Origin: Marsupella aquatica
Lineage: Eukaryota; Plantae; Marchantiophyta
Length of the DNA stretch: 64,000 bases
NCBI GenBank assembly: GCA_973895155.1
Contig: OZ316891.1
Span: 2,741,801 to 2,805,800 of the forward strand
Direction of reading: 5' to 3'
The notes beneath the pieces are model-generated. The model searched no databases. It was given only the letters and a program-made list of their open reading frames with translations, and was not told the DNA's origin. Numbering within the stretch: position 1 is the first letter of the stretch; each line of letters begins with the position of its first letter. The position numbers and the translations under genes were made by a program. This document shows positions 24,961-37,799 of this stretch, in pieces.

Positions 24961-27900
24961 CCTTTGTACATTTGCGTGCATTGATATTTACCTATTTATC
25001 TCCATTGTGTCGTTCCTGACTCGTCGTCTGCAACTGGCAGTCCTGGAGGGCCATGACACCCTACTTTGTCCTTACTAGTCTATTTGTTGATTGCTTTGGT
25101 AGGTGTCTAGCTTTTCTCGGTTAATGTGTTTGTGGTTGTACCATTGTTACTTTCCTTTCTGGGCAGTAACCTATATATCTACGTACAAACATATTTGGAG
25201 TCTGCTAGCTATGCCTGCGTTTGCTGTAGCTCCCTTGGTTTTCGTTCCCAATATGAGCTGAGAACAACTTATATTATTCTATCTGGGCTGGTTTCCTGTT
25301 TCTACCCGTTGCAGATTCTCTTTGGAGACTTGGATGGTGCTTTTTGGTTCACTTGGTCACATGTATGGATCTGGTGATACTTGGTTACATGGTGTGGATA
25401 TGGTGATTGCTTGGTCGGGAATGATGGACGAGGAGTTACTTCTTCTCAATTCAACAGACAAGGATCATGGACATCTTGCACTTGCAGATCAAGTCTCTTC
25501 CCCTTGATGTGCACCTTTTAGTACTTTTACGTTCTTTTGTGGGTAGGTATATAGTTTGACTTGGAGTTCCGAGATTCCAACTTTTAGGGTCTTTGTTCCT
25601 ACTTCTCATGGCTTCTTGACACTCGTTCTATTTTGCCTATTTTGGTCCCTTTTTGGATAACGGATGTGTTGGACCCGCACAAAAAACATAGATGCATAGA
25701 AAATAAATTAGTTGAAGATGCCCGAGACACTATCAAACTGGTACAATTCTTGTTCTCCTCACCAAAATGTGGATCAATGACATGAATACGTTCATTGGAC
25801 GATGTGTTTAACCCCCAGAAACGTGGTTAGGCATATTGGTATTCTTTTAATGGAACGTTCTTTGAGTCCTGGTCACCTGATGGAATTCAAAACATATTTC
25901 TATTCTCCTACCAGAGTAACCAGTATGTGGGTCCAGCTGTTCAAGACATGTTTTATTTGGTTTTCATATGATATCCCAACCCAAGGTTCCCACTGGTCTC
26001 AGGTCTCGTTTCAGGTGGGTTCGGAAGAGTGTTGACTTTGTTGTCATCTTACTTATAAAGCGCAAACTACAAGCTAGATTAGGGCCTAGGTTTCTAGAGT
26101 GAAGACTCTAGACCATAACTCCATGGCACACCATGTGGATGGGAAAACTCATGACTATGATGTATGTCAAGTGATAATCATGCATGAGCTTTGTCATGAT
26201 TTCTATTTTACATTCAAAAAATGGGCTCTATGGCTTCACCATAACATATGTGTATAGATAGGAGGATATATGTGCATAGAAAGGAGGATGATATGTTATG
26301 TATGATTGTTAAAATGATGACATGCATGATGGTTTTTTTTATTTTTTTCATTAACCTTAAAAAAATGTGAATAGGGTATATACTTTGGTGACACTTTTAT
26401 TGTCCTCCCGGACAGTCAAAGAATGAATAGTCAAGGCTAGTGATATCAACTATTAATGGATTAAATTTGAAGCAAATACAGTGGTTAGGCTTGTGAATAC
26501 ATCCCCAGATACATCACGGTCTACCATAACCAACAGTTTACAAATGAATTGCACAGGGGACATTGCAGAATCAATACCAGACTGAGTGACATCATTGTTA
26601 CAACCCTAGGGGCTGGTACATGCACAGGCAGGTTTGCTTGATTGGGGGAGTGCCCGCACTCTCTTCTACAATCCAATTAGAGTCCTCACAATAAAAGCTC
26701 TGAAGAGTGTTGCCTGCAAAGACATTTGACAAGTTTTTACTAAAACTTTATTGGAGCCTGAGTTGAGGGTTCTTTGTGGAACACCGTTGTGTGTAACATA
26801 GTCATAAAGATATAGGCTCACCATTGTGGCAAATTGTATGCACTTTGTATGCACTTGCCTGATTTTTGCAATTTCAGTAGTACAAGTTTAAATAAATTAC
26901 TCAAATCAACTACCTCCCCAGTTAGTACAGTTTTTGGTGTAATAATTTGCAATACTTACATGCAATGTGTGTGTGGGGGGGGGGGGAGGGGGGGTGGCGC
27001 AAACAAGCTATCCCTCACAAAAGGTTAAGAGAAAAGAATTAAAGTAGTTTTTGATTTTGCAAAATTGGCACCCCATCTTAAACTTTTCCCAAGTCTCCCA
27101 TCAAGTTCAAAAACTGTTTGTAATCCAAGCTGTAGTTGCGTTCTATGTACACTGAGCACTTTTACATGATCTGAAATGGGGAACTCGTTGGCAATGGTTT
27201 CAGTCCTGAACTTGAATGTTATCTGAAAACTGGGCCTGTATTTTGCCCTGTTGCTTTCATTTCTCCACTGCAACTAATGTTTTGGAGCGAGCCGCAATTT
27301 GAAATTGAAATGGGACTACCATCTATAAATCCCAGCTTGTGCGTCAAATAAATATTTATTGAGGTTTTGGGCCAGGACTTGCAAAATATTTTGGGGTCCT
27401 TGTGAAATCTTGACAGAATTTTGTCATGTAAATGTTTAAAATATCCAAAGTATGGTAAACATGCATTGACTTTTCAGTGTATACACTACCTTTAAAAGTT
27501 AAAAAAGGGAAGAAAGAAAATACAAGGAAATAGATACTTTGCATGCCCAAAACGTGCACATGTGTGGGTTTAATGCTATGGGCAAAAAGCAATGGGCAAT
27601 AGAGGGCATAAGTCACATCTAATATTGCCTTTTCAAGGCATAGATGTATGGAAGATCTACTTTACACATTAATTATGCCTTGCCATCGCATAGATGCATG
27701 GAAAATTATTTTAATATAGAAAACTTGATTTGGTTTGGATCATGATCATGTACGATCTGATGGTGTAAAATAGATGCACATTTTTGTGCATGTACCTAAC
27801 ATCCAAGCATGCAATTTCACTTTTGTCCCACGCAAGTCCTCACACATGAAAAGAATCTGGTGCTCACACATGAAAACAATGTGGATGCTACAATTAGAAA

Positions 27901-28009
27901 AATGGAATGGTTGAGAATTTATGGGATGACGTATCTTATTGAGAAAAAAATTCAGACTTTCCAAAGTCTCTAAATGTACCCGGAATCAAATTAAGCTGGT
28001 CTCAGTTGC

Positions 28010-28520
28010 CCAAAATATCTATCGTCTTGCATATGAAGAAGTCTTCTTGGGTACAGATGTCGTAGTATTGTACCCAAATTCCCAAAATATCTATCTTCCT
28101 GCATAATGAAAATTCTTATTCGGTGCAGACGTCATAGTATTGCAGCGTTTCAGCACAGCAGCCGACAAAATTCAGAGTTCCAAGTCACTGAAAGCTGCAT
28201 GGACCTGTTGCAGCAATAATCAAACCCCAAAAGTTTGGACGTAGCCAATGTGAACAAACATTGCCACAACAATCAGGTAGCTAGGGATGATTCATGATCG
28301 GTCTAGCATTCTTCTTTGGTGCAGATGTCATAGTATTGTAGTGTTCCAGCACAGGAGGCGACAAAATTCAGGGTTCCACTTCACTGAAGGCTGCATCACG
28401 GACGTTATTGTAGCAATAATCAAACCCCAAAAGCTTTGACGTAGCTATTGCGAACCAACACTGCCACAACAATCTCATAGCTACCCGTAGGGGTGCTTCA
28501 TGATCGCTTTAGCACGATTC
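28010..28520. repeat. Degenerate direct repeats (~200-bp duplication plus partial copy)
   Basis: GGT.CAGA.GTC.TAGTATTG three times; GCAATAATCAAACCCCAAAAG...GACGTAGC...TGCCACAACAATC twice. Confidence 0.65.
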
Positions 28521-30234
28521 ATGCATCCTTCAAGGGAATGATGGCCTATGAAATTGAGTCAGCAACCGGTTGTTCTCAAAGCTTTGATGTTCACACTCTG
28601 TCTGAAGTGGGTCCTCTCGAATATCGATATTCTGCTACTGTAGCTACCTACAGTAGCTAGTAGGTTCCCTGCCATGCATCCCCCCATTCAATTGCAGAAC
28701 TGTTTGGTACTTGCCTGTCTTCCAACATGTGGCCCCCGTATGTTGCCATTTAGCGATGGTGAATTTCTCAGACTCACTTTGTGCAGCTTATTGTAGAAGT
28801 CATTGTGTCGTGCAGCTTATTGTACAAGTCACCTGTCTCCTGTTAGCCTTGCAGCTGGCTTGGCTGGGCCTGTAGTCTCCCTCCTTGCGCTATCTTTCTT
28901 ATTTGATTTTCTACTAAATCATACATTGAGGATGTACAGTTTGGTCTCCCTATTAGCTTAGCTTTATCGAACCTTTATTAACCTGCTCATACTCTTCTAA
29001 CCATGCTCCACAGCTTAGTCTCTCCTTCGTCCAATCACTGTTAAGATGCCCATTCTCATCCAACTCTGTCTTTGGACTAACATCAGCTTACTATAGTCTC
29101 TCCCTCATCAACTCATTATTTGTTTGCACATACTCATATAACCACATCTCGGGTTAACAACAGTAGCTTAATCTTTCCCTCATCCAGTCCCGCATCCAGT
29201 CAGTACTAATAATTGCCCAAACTCCACTAACCAGGTCTTTTTGTTAAGTTCTTTCACTTCCAAAGAGTGTTGAGTTAGCCATCCCCAAGCTTATATAGTA
29301 TTTGGGAAGATTTATTTGTCAATCCCTCAACATATATCCTCGCCTGCATTAAGTAATAATATCATTAGAGATGTCAAATATTTAGCCCAATAGAGACTGA
29401 TGTAGCTTTTGCTTGAAGGTAAGCGAGAAGCTTAGAAGCCCTATTTATCTTCATGCCAATCTTGATTTCAACCACTATCATCTATTCCACAATATTCTAA
29501 GCTGCCAATTTCAGTGGAGCCTTGCTTAGACAAGTTCCCCGACACTTTCACTATTTAAGATAGTTTTAATCTGGATGTTGGAAGCATCTATACCATGCCC
29601 CTACCATGAAGGTTAAATCTTCAATCCAGTTTAACCATTAAAACGCAACCTTCCCCAGGTGATTGCCTGGCTGTTGCTTTATAATATTTATCTTCTGGTG
29701 AAGGGGATGGGACCCCGGTGGGAACCTGGCTGTGCGAGAACCTGAGGCTTGACATAAAACATCTGATTTTGCTCATCTTAACACTATAATATGCAGGACT
29801 TCCCTCTCTTTCTATCTCATGGTCTACTTACAAAATGTCACTCTTGTGGGAAGCCTCCCTGGCGGTTCAATTAGGGTGACATTTTTCTTAACCATGAGCT
29901 GGGCCTCGAAGGTGTCACTCTGCACCTTTTCCACCCCCAAGCGGTCACGCTACCCCTGGCTTGAAATCCAGTTGCCAGGCCAAATAGTTGACTTCCCCAA
30001 GAGTTCCATTGCCAGGCCATGCACTTGTGCAGAACAATAATCCGCTCAACATCAGTTATTCAGTTATTGACACTATTGTGCAATTCATAGAATCAGATAG
30101 TTAGTAACTACATTATTTCCCAATACCTCCTCTATTCTAGCACTGGCAATGAATGTATGAAGGAAATGTCTGGATAGACAGATGGTACTCTACTAACATA
30201 CATATGAAATTGTCAAAGAACAAAATGACAAGAA

Positions 30235-30344
30235 TGTTAGACTCTACCTCTGACCGGACGACCGGACCAGCCGGTCATCCGACTACCCTATATGTACTCT
30301 CATTCATGACTATACACTGACTCATTCTCATTCATACCTTGACA
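30235..30344 (+). repeat. 5' LTR (110 bp)
   Basis: TGTTAGACTC...CTTGACA; direct repeat of 36901-37012, followed by the PBS. Confidence 0.95.
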
Positions 30345-31898
30345 CGTTATCAGCACGAAAGCTCAACGAGCGGAGCAAGGAAAAAAGAAGAGAAGACTAT
30401 GGAAGATTGAGAAATTTTTAATGTTGAATGGAGGACAAAGCGTGATTGGCTATGGAGAAAGTAAGACTCATTGACTTGGGCAAAGCGAGACAATACTTTC
30501 GGACCCTTCCGCAACGAAGATAACACAGAAGCAAAAGAAGGAGGCTCAGAATTTTTTCGAAGGGCTATGGAGATCACCAATTGAGGAGAACAAAAACGAT
30601 TAAGCAGAACCCATAAGGACACAGAAGAAATCCGAAGAGCAAAACAGCAAAGAGAAGCAATAACTAGTGAATCTGAACATGAAGGCGCAACAGATAGTCG
30701 ATCTTGGCCAGCGCACAGGATCGACAAATTGAGGCGAGAAGTCAAGAGTAGGTGAAATTGATCGAAGGAGAAAAAGAAATAGAATTCATTGAAAAAGAAA
30801 AAAGACGAAACAGCGTACAAGGGGGAGCATTTCCGGAGGAGAACCAAAACTTCTCCCTGACTCGCCAATCTCTGAATTTCAGGCCCAGCCTCGGAATCAA
30901 CTCGATGACACACACACAACGCACAACGATCTGGAAGACTCGGAAAGCATCAGAACGAGCAATTTTAGAGAAGCAGATGGATTACTACAGTAGTCTATTC
31001 GTTCCTTCGTTATATGGTAGCAGTGTTGTTAGAGAGACGGAGTGGGCGGCATGCTATCCTTAAGAGGGCTACGGTTGTCACGCGCTGTTAAATGAGAGGA
31101 TAATTGCTGTTGCGGTGATTCACTGCGAAAAAGTAGATCAACATCGAACGTGCCAGCCAGGCAGGCAAGCGTTTTGATACGAACGAAAGACACCGGACCT
31201 AGGTGGAGAGGCAAAGAAAAATGAAAGGGAAGCATCGATCTGGAGCAGAAGGGCAGCATCGATCGAGGACCTACACAAGATGCCGTAAAGCGAAATTGAC
31301 AGAAGACCAATAAGAGGCATAAGGCAACAACGATAGAAGGCAATGAAGGGAGAAGCCCAAGAGTAGAGGTCGCGAGCGGACACAAGCAAAAAAAAAGCAC
31401 AAGAACAGCCCAAACACATCGAGAGAACGTCAAAGAAAACTCAAACCGCTAAGTGCACGCTCCATAACCGCACATAACCGCAAAACCCTCTTTAAGTGAA
31501 AACTCCGTCAAAGAGATTTCAGTTACAAAGGAAAATTTGCACTTAACCATAACTGCAAAACCTAAGCGCACATCTGCATAACTGCACACTGTAACCAAGA
31601 AAAATTTACTTTACAAAGCTGCATGTGCACTTAACCAAGGCACGAGTATATTACCACCCATAACTGCACAAACTGCACAATTCCATTACTGCACAGTTTA
31701 ACAAAGGAAAAAGCAAATACAAAGGAAAATTTGCAGTTAACCAAATAGCAAGGAAAACCTAAATCCTAAGTGCAAACCCTACAATTGAATTCCGGATTTG
31801 CATGCTCTCTCCACCCAGCCCCACTTTGCATGCCGCAGAAATGTGTTTTGTCGTTTCCTACTATACTTACTAGTATATAAGCCTCAACTACCATTAAA

Positions 31899-34800
31899 AT
31901 GAATCAAGCCATCACCCCAATGACCAACCTAGAGAAATTAACATTTCCAGCCCTAGACATCGATGGTAGCAACTACCTGGAATGGTCAATGAACCTCAAA
32001 GAGAACCTTACCTCGCTAACCCTACTCCCAGCTATAGGGATGGCTCAACCTATACTAGCTGGCGAACCCCAACCAGACCCGTTAACTAAAGCCAACGAAT
32101 CTAAGGCCCTTGTATTCCTTAGACGCCATATCCATAGATTCCTGCAAAGACAATACATGCACCTCTCAACCCCTCGTGAATTATGGACAGCGCTCCAAAC
32201 CCGATTCGATCACCAAAAACTGGTTGAACTACCTAAAGCCAGGCAAGACTGGCTAAACCTGCGAGTCCAGGACTTTACCTCCATTTCAACCTACAATAGC
32301 GAACTCTTTAGAATAACATCAACCCTTGCACTATGTGGCGAGCCGGTCACAGACAAGGATCTGCTAGAGAAGACCTTGTCGACATTTCATTCATCGAATG
32401 TGTGGCTATTAACATAGTATCGAAACATGAAGTTCGGGCAATACTCCGAGCTCATAGCCCACCTCCTAGTCACTGAAAGAAACCAAGAACTTCTTTTAGT
32501 AAACTCTAGAAAGCGACCTGCGGGCACACTGCCCTCAGGACAATAGAATGAAACCCATAACATAGAAAATGTTGAACTCTCCACATCGAGGCAAGGCATT
32601 AAGCGCACTAAGAATGGCAACCGAAGAAACACCCACAATAGGGGGAGTTTCTATAACCAACGTCCACAATATAACTCCCAACAGACCTTTAGAGGACGTG
32701 GAGGACGTGGTGGACGAGAAGGACGTGGAGGACGCGGAGGACGAGGAGGACGTGGTGGACGTGGCGGACGCGGAGGACGCGGCGATGGTAGAACATATAA
32801 CAACAACCGTAGAAACGATTGGTCACAATCCCGACAACAACGGGAACGACCGAAATGCCATGAATGTGGCATGACAAACCACCTAGCGAGAAACTGTAGA
32901 ATCCCGCAACACCTTAGAGAACTATACCAACGGTCCATCAAGGATGGACAAACCTCTAGGCCACCACCCCGTGAAACCCACGGGGCGTTTATGGAGTCTA
33001 GTGACCCATTCCAAGACTTTTCAGACCTACCTGCCCAACCCGAGGCACACTTAGTGGCAAGTAGCTCCACTACACCAGATTTAAATAGTCCAAACACATA
33101 TTATCGCCAATGCGACCATGCATACTATCCTCAGGGATAGGCACCTTTTCCACAAGATTACACCTCACGTAGGTCCCTGACCACTATCAATGGTCCTAGC
33201 CAAATAGAAGAGGGCTTCAGCCCAGCTTCTATTAGACTCCCACAGGGTACCAAAATACACATAGAATCTGTCATTTTCACCCCGAACGCAACTCGTAATC
33301 TCCTCAGTTTTAGAGATATACGAGCATGGACTACACGTCCAAACAGGCAATACAAGAGACCAAGAGGTCATCCACTTGGTTGAAAATACCCCTACGGGGA
33401 AAATCATTAAAGAAACACTTTTCTCGTATCCTTGCGGGTTTTATGTAACTCATATTCAATGCCTGCATAACAATGCCAACACAAGCGAATTGCATGCGCT
33501 TTGGCATGCACGTCTCGGCCACCCCGGCCAATCAATGCTAACCAAAATCATTAAGAATTCAAGAGGCATTTCAATCAATACACGCCACATTCCAGCAAGC
33601 ACCCCATGCACTGCATGCTACGCGGCAAATTAATAACAAGGCCCACGGTATCAAAATTGCCAACTAAAATACCCCAATTCTTGGAAATCATCCATGCAGA
33701 TGTTTGCGGGCCAATTAACCCTCCGAGCGGACCTTTCCGCTACTTTATGGTATTAATCGACGCATCAACTAAATGGTCAAATGTGACACTGCTTTCAACG
33801 AGGAACATGGTCATGCCTCGCATTTTGGCGCAAATCCTGCGCGTGAAAGCACAATTCCCAGACCACCCCATTAAGACACTAAGGGTGGACAATGCAAGGG
33901 AATTCACATCCGAAACATTTGACGACTTTTGCACATCACTTGGCATCGACATACAGTATCCCGTACCTCACGTGCATTTTCAGAATGAATTAGCTGAAGT
34001 GGTCATTAAATGCCTTCAGTTAATTGCACGCCCATTACTAATGCAGTCAAAACTCCCCGTCTCAGCATGGGGACATGCCATATTACAGGCTAATGCATTA
34101 ATCCAATACCGCCCATCGGCTTTTAATACCTATAGCCCATACCAAATTGCTAATGGTATTAAACCTGACCTATCCCACCTTCGTTCATTTGGATGTCAAG
34201 TAATGGTCCCCATTACTCTACCCAAACGAACCAAGATGGGACCCCAACGACAGTTGGGGATATACATCGGATTCGACTCTCCGTCCATAATCCGATATAT
34301 GGAGCCTACAACTGGCGACGTCTTTAAATCTAGATTCCTAGATTGTCATTTTGATGAAAATATTTATCCACCATTAATAACCCCTGAACACCCACAACCA
34401 CCTTTGGAGTAGGAAAGACATTCATCAATTTGGCAAGACCTTAGAACCAATCAAGGGGAGAAAGAAGTTCAGCGAATTTTGCAACTCCACAAGATTGTGG
34501 AAGAACTTCCAAACGCTTTTGTCGATACATCACAAGTCACCCGCTCACATATTCCAGTTGCGAGAGCATCTGGTCGCATCAAATTATCAAGTGAGCCAGC
34601 AAGTACATCCCAACCTCGTGCCAAACGTGGCAGACCCTTGGGATCAAAGGATAAACAACCAAGAAGGCGTGGTTCATCTATACCACCTTCACCTAATGTC
34701 GATCATAACGAATCCACAACTCATGAGGAGATTTCTATCCACTACGCACACACCGGCGAGATGTGGGATAGAAATACTACTTCAATAGATGATGCTTTTG

Positions 34801-36549
34801 CAGTAATGGTGGCAACACATATCACAGACGAAACACCCGAACCAATATCTATTTTAGAATGCCAAAACAAACCAGATTGGCGTGAATGGCAAAAAGCTAT
34901 AAACGGAGAATTAGATTCCCTACTAAGCAGACACACTTTTGGCCCAGTCAAGCCAACACCGCAAGACGTACACCTCATTGGCTACAAGTGGACATTCGTC
35001 CGCAAAAGAAATGATAAAGGCCAAGTTGTACGCTACAAAGCACGTCTGGTAGGGAAAGGATTTACCCAACAACCGGGAATTCATTACGATGAAACTTACT
35101 CACCGGTTATGGATAGCACAACATTCCGATACCTTATCGGATTTGCCATTTTCCATAAACTACAAATGCGACAACTGGATGTTGCGACCGCATATCTATA
35201 TGGAACTTTAGACACTTGTCTATACATGCGATCACCTCCCGAGTTGGAGCAACGTCGCCGAGCTTTAGCTCAAGGCGCTAAATCGCATATCTCATATTTA
35301 TATAAGATTATAACACAATTATCTCAAGTTACACCTCATGTATCATCTACACATGTAACTCATAATAACGACACCACTGTGTCAACCATACGGAATACTC
35401 GTCACGGACTAGCTATCCGCGTGTTGAAGGCATTATATGGCCTGAAACAAAGTGGCAGAGTATGGTATCAAAGATTTACTGATGAAATGATTACCATGGG
35501 TTTTACCCATGATGCCATTTAGATCTACATGTAGATGACAAATATGTCATCGTTTCTATATATGTTGATGACTTAAATATATTTCGGACACCCCAAATTA
35601 TAGAAGATACTATTACTAGTCTTAAATCAACATTTGAGATGAAAGACCTTGGACATACAAACTTTTGCTTAGGCTTACAACTAGAGATCCTACCCACTGG
35701 CATGATGCTCCATCAGACAACACAAACCGAAAAGATCATAAAATAGTTCAATATGAACCTAACACACCCATTGACGTCACCAATGGTTTTACGTTCATTA
35801 GAAAACAATATTGATGTTTTTGGCAAGCGCGAAGAACATGAACCACTATTAGGACCAGAAACCCCATACCTTTCCGCGATAGGAGCATTAATGTGCCTAG
35901 CAAATCAGACCCAACCAAACATTGCATTTGCAGTTAACTTATTAGCTAGACACAGTGCAACTCCCACAACCAGACACTGGAACAGAGTTAAGCACATATT
36001 TAGGTATCTACGTGGCACCACCAATATTGGGTTATTTTACCCATTCGGTGCAAACCACGAACTCATAGGATATGCGGATGCCGGATATCTTTCCGACATT
36101 GACACCGCAAAATCCCAAACCGGATATGTTTTTACTATTGGGGGTACCGTTTTTTCTTGGAAAAGCGTGAAACAGACCCTAACAGCAACCTCATCGAATC
36201 ACTCAGAAATCTTAGCTCTACATGAGACTAGTCGTGAAGCCGTTTGGTTACGATCCTTTATAAACCACATCAACACCAAATGCGGCCTACCACCACTAAC
36301 GAAACCTACTAACATTTTTGAGGATAACGCAACATGTATACAGCAGATCACGAAAGGATTCATCAAAGGCGATCGCATGAAGCATATAGCTCCCAAATTT
36401 TTCTACACCCACGAATTACATGGAAAAGAGATCAACACTTGCAGATTTCAAGTGCAGACAACTGCGCGGATCTCTTCACCAAATCACTACCACATCAGTT
36501 CATCACCGACACTGCCAGGCGATTGGACTGCGGAGCGTGCGACGCATGA
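31899..36549 (+). pseudogene. Disrupted gag-pol polyprotein of the copia element
   Basis: Gag with CHECGMTNHLARNC zinc knuckle (~32856). Decayed protease (~33100-33320). Integrase WHARLGHP/HADVCGP/RVDNAREF. RT YKARLVGKGFTQ, LYGLKQSGR, IYVDDL. RNase H YADAGY, EDNA, ADLFTKSL. In-frame TAG stops (32415, 32544, 34410, ~35744) and several frameshifts. Confidence 0.92.
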
Positions 36550-36900
36550 TGACCGTGGAGGCTGCTACTCCACATGACGATTGATGCTGCTGATGACATG
36601 ATGCTGACGACCTACTGTTGAGACAAATATTAAAGCTAGATTTACTATAGCATCTGATTTTATTTAATATTGACATTTATTGCGACGAGGACTATTAGGC
36701 TGCACTCTTTTTCCTTTAGGACTCATATTTTTCTCTGCTACACTGGTAGAGTTTTTACTAAGCTAGAGTTGATAAAGGTTTTTTAACGAGGCAGTCTACC
36801 TTGCTTGTACTTATATCATGTATTTCATATGAACATGATATAATAGGTATAGTCTATGTTGTCTATATAGTTGTCATTATATATCCAAAGGAGAGGAGAG

Positions 36901-37012
36901 TGTTAGACTCTACCTCTGACCGGACGACCGGACCAGCCGGTCATCCGACTACCCTATATGTACTCTCTCATTCATGACTATAGAGTGACTCATTCTCATT
37001 CATACTTTGACA
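36901..37012 (+). repeat. 3' LTR (112 bp)
   Basis: Preceded by the polypurine tract and followed by the TSD AAGAA. Confidence 0.95.
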
Positions 37013-37799
37013 AAGAACCCAATCTAAAGGAGAAAACATGGGGAAAACTAGGGAAGCCCAAAATATCGCAAGTCGTTGACAAAGGCTAAAGAACTACAGT
37101 AAAGCCGCCCCACCCCCCCCCCCCCCCCCACACAAGCATACAGTGGGGTATATATAATAGTATAGTCATCTCTTATCTTCAAAGTCATCTACTGACTGCA
37201 CACCTAAGAATGTTCTTCACGTGGGTTGCAATGTTGAGTATAAATTGACCCCTCTGTGCCTTTTCTATTGTTGAATGAAAATTATATTCGAGTCGTACAA
37301 GTTGTCTGGGAGTGAAATACCTGGGACAGAGAGATGAGAGAATTTTTCTACACTTGATTATGGGTACGGTGGGGTATGGGCAAGTCTGAATACCGAAAGC
37401 ATTGGTGATTGTGACATTGTTTGCTTCGAAAATGCAGCTTATTAATGAGAATAATAGTAGTACTACGTCAATCATTCATTCGGGCCATGTGCCTTGCAAA
37501 TATTCAATTGTTGATCCGATAGATTAATGGGTGTAGCAGTTAAACAGACTTTTTTGCCAGGAAAACAATTTTTCTTTCACATGCCTTGCACATATTTAAT
37601 TGTTCATTATGTATTTAACCCTATGGATAAATGGGTACAGTGATTGAGGAGACTTTTTTTTGTCTTTCACCAAGTTTTAGTTATTCTACATAAAGCGCCA
37701 AAGCATAAAGACCAGCAACCCACAATAGCTAAGTGCCTAAGTAGACGTGTTGTCGGTTGTCCAGTACAATTCACTTGTGAATTGAATGATTCTTCCCAA

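Larger units (their letters stand above)
30235..37012 (+). mobile_element. Full-length, decayed Ty1/copia LTR retrotransposon, Bianca-like
   Basis: LTRs 30235-30344 and 36901-37012 (TG...CA; 3 substitutions plus a 2-nt indel). AAGAA TSD at 30230-30234 and 37013-37017. PBS CGTTATCAGCACG at 30345-30357. PPT AAAGGAGAGGAGAG just before the 3' LTR. Domain order gag-PR-INT-RT-RH. The Gag start LEKLTFPALDIDGSNYLEW resembles Bianca Gag. Confidence 0.95.

Noticed and set aside
28600-30200. Possible LINE ORF1 remnant flanking the copia insertion
   Set aside because: Only a faint resemblance in short minus-strand fragments, which is too weak to call.
32569-33097. Acidic (EDV/EDA) and Pro-Arg repeat ORFs
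   Set aside because: These are alternative-frame and antisense readings of the Gag RGG repeat.
33095-33170. Programmed +1 gag-pol frameshift
   Set aside because: The frame does shift before the protease, but it shifts back ~60 nt later and many other indels exist, so it cannot be told apart from decay in a single copy.
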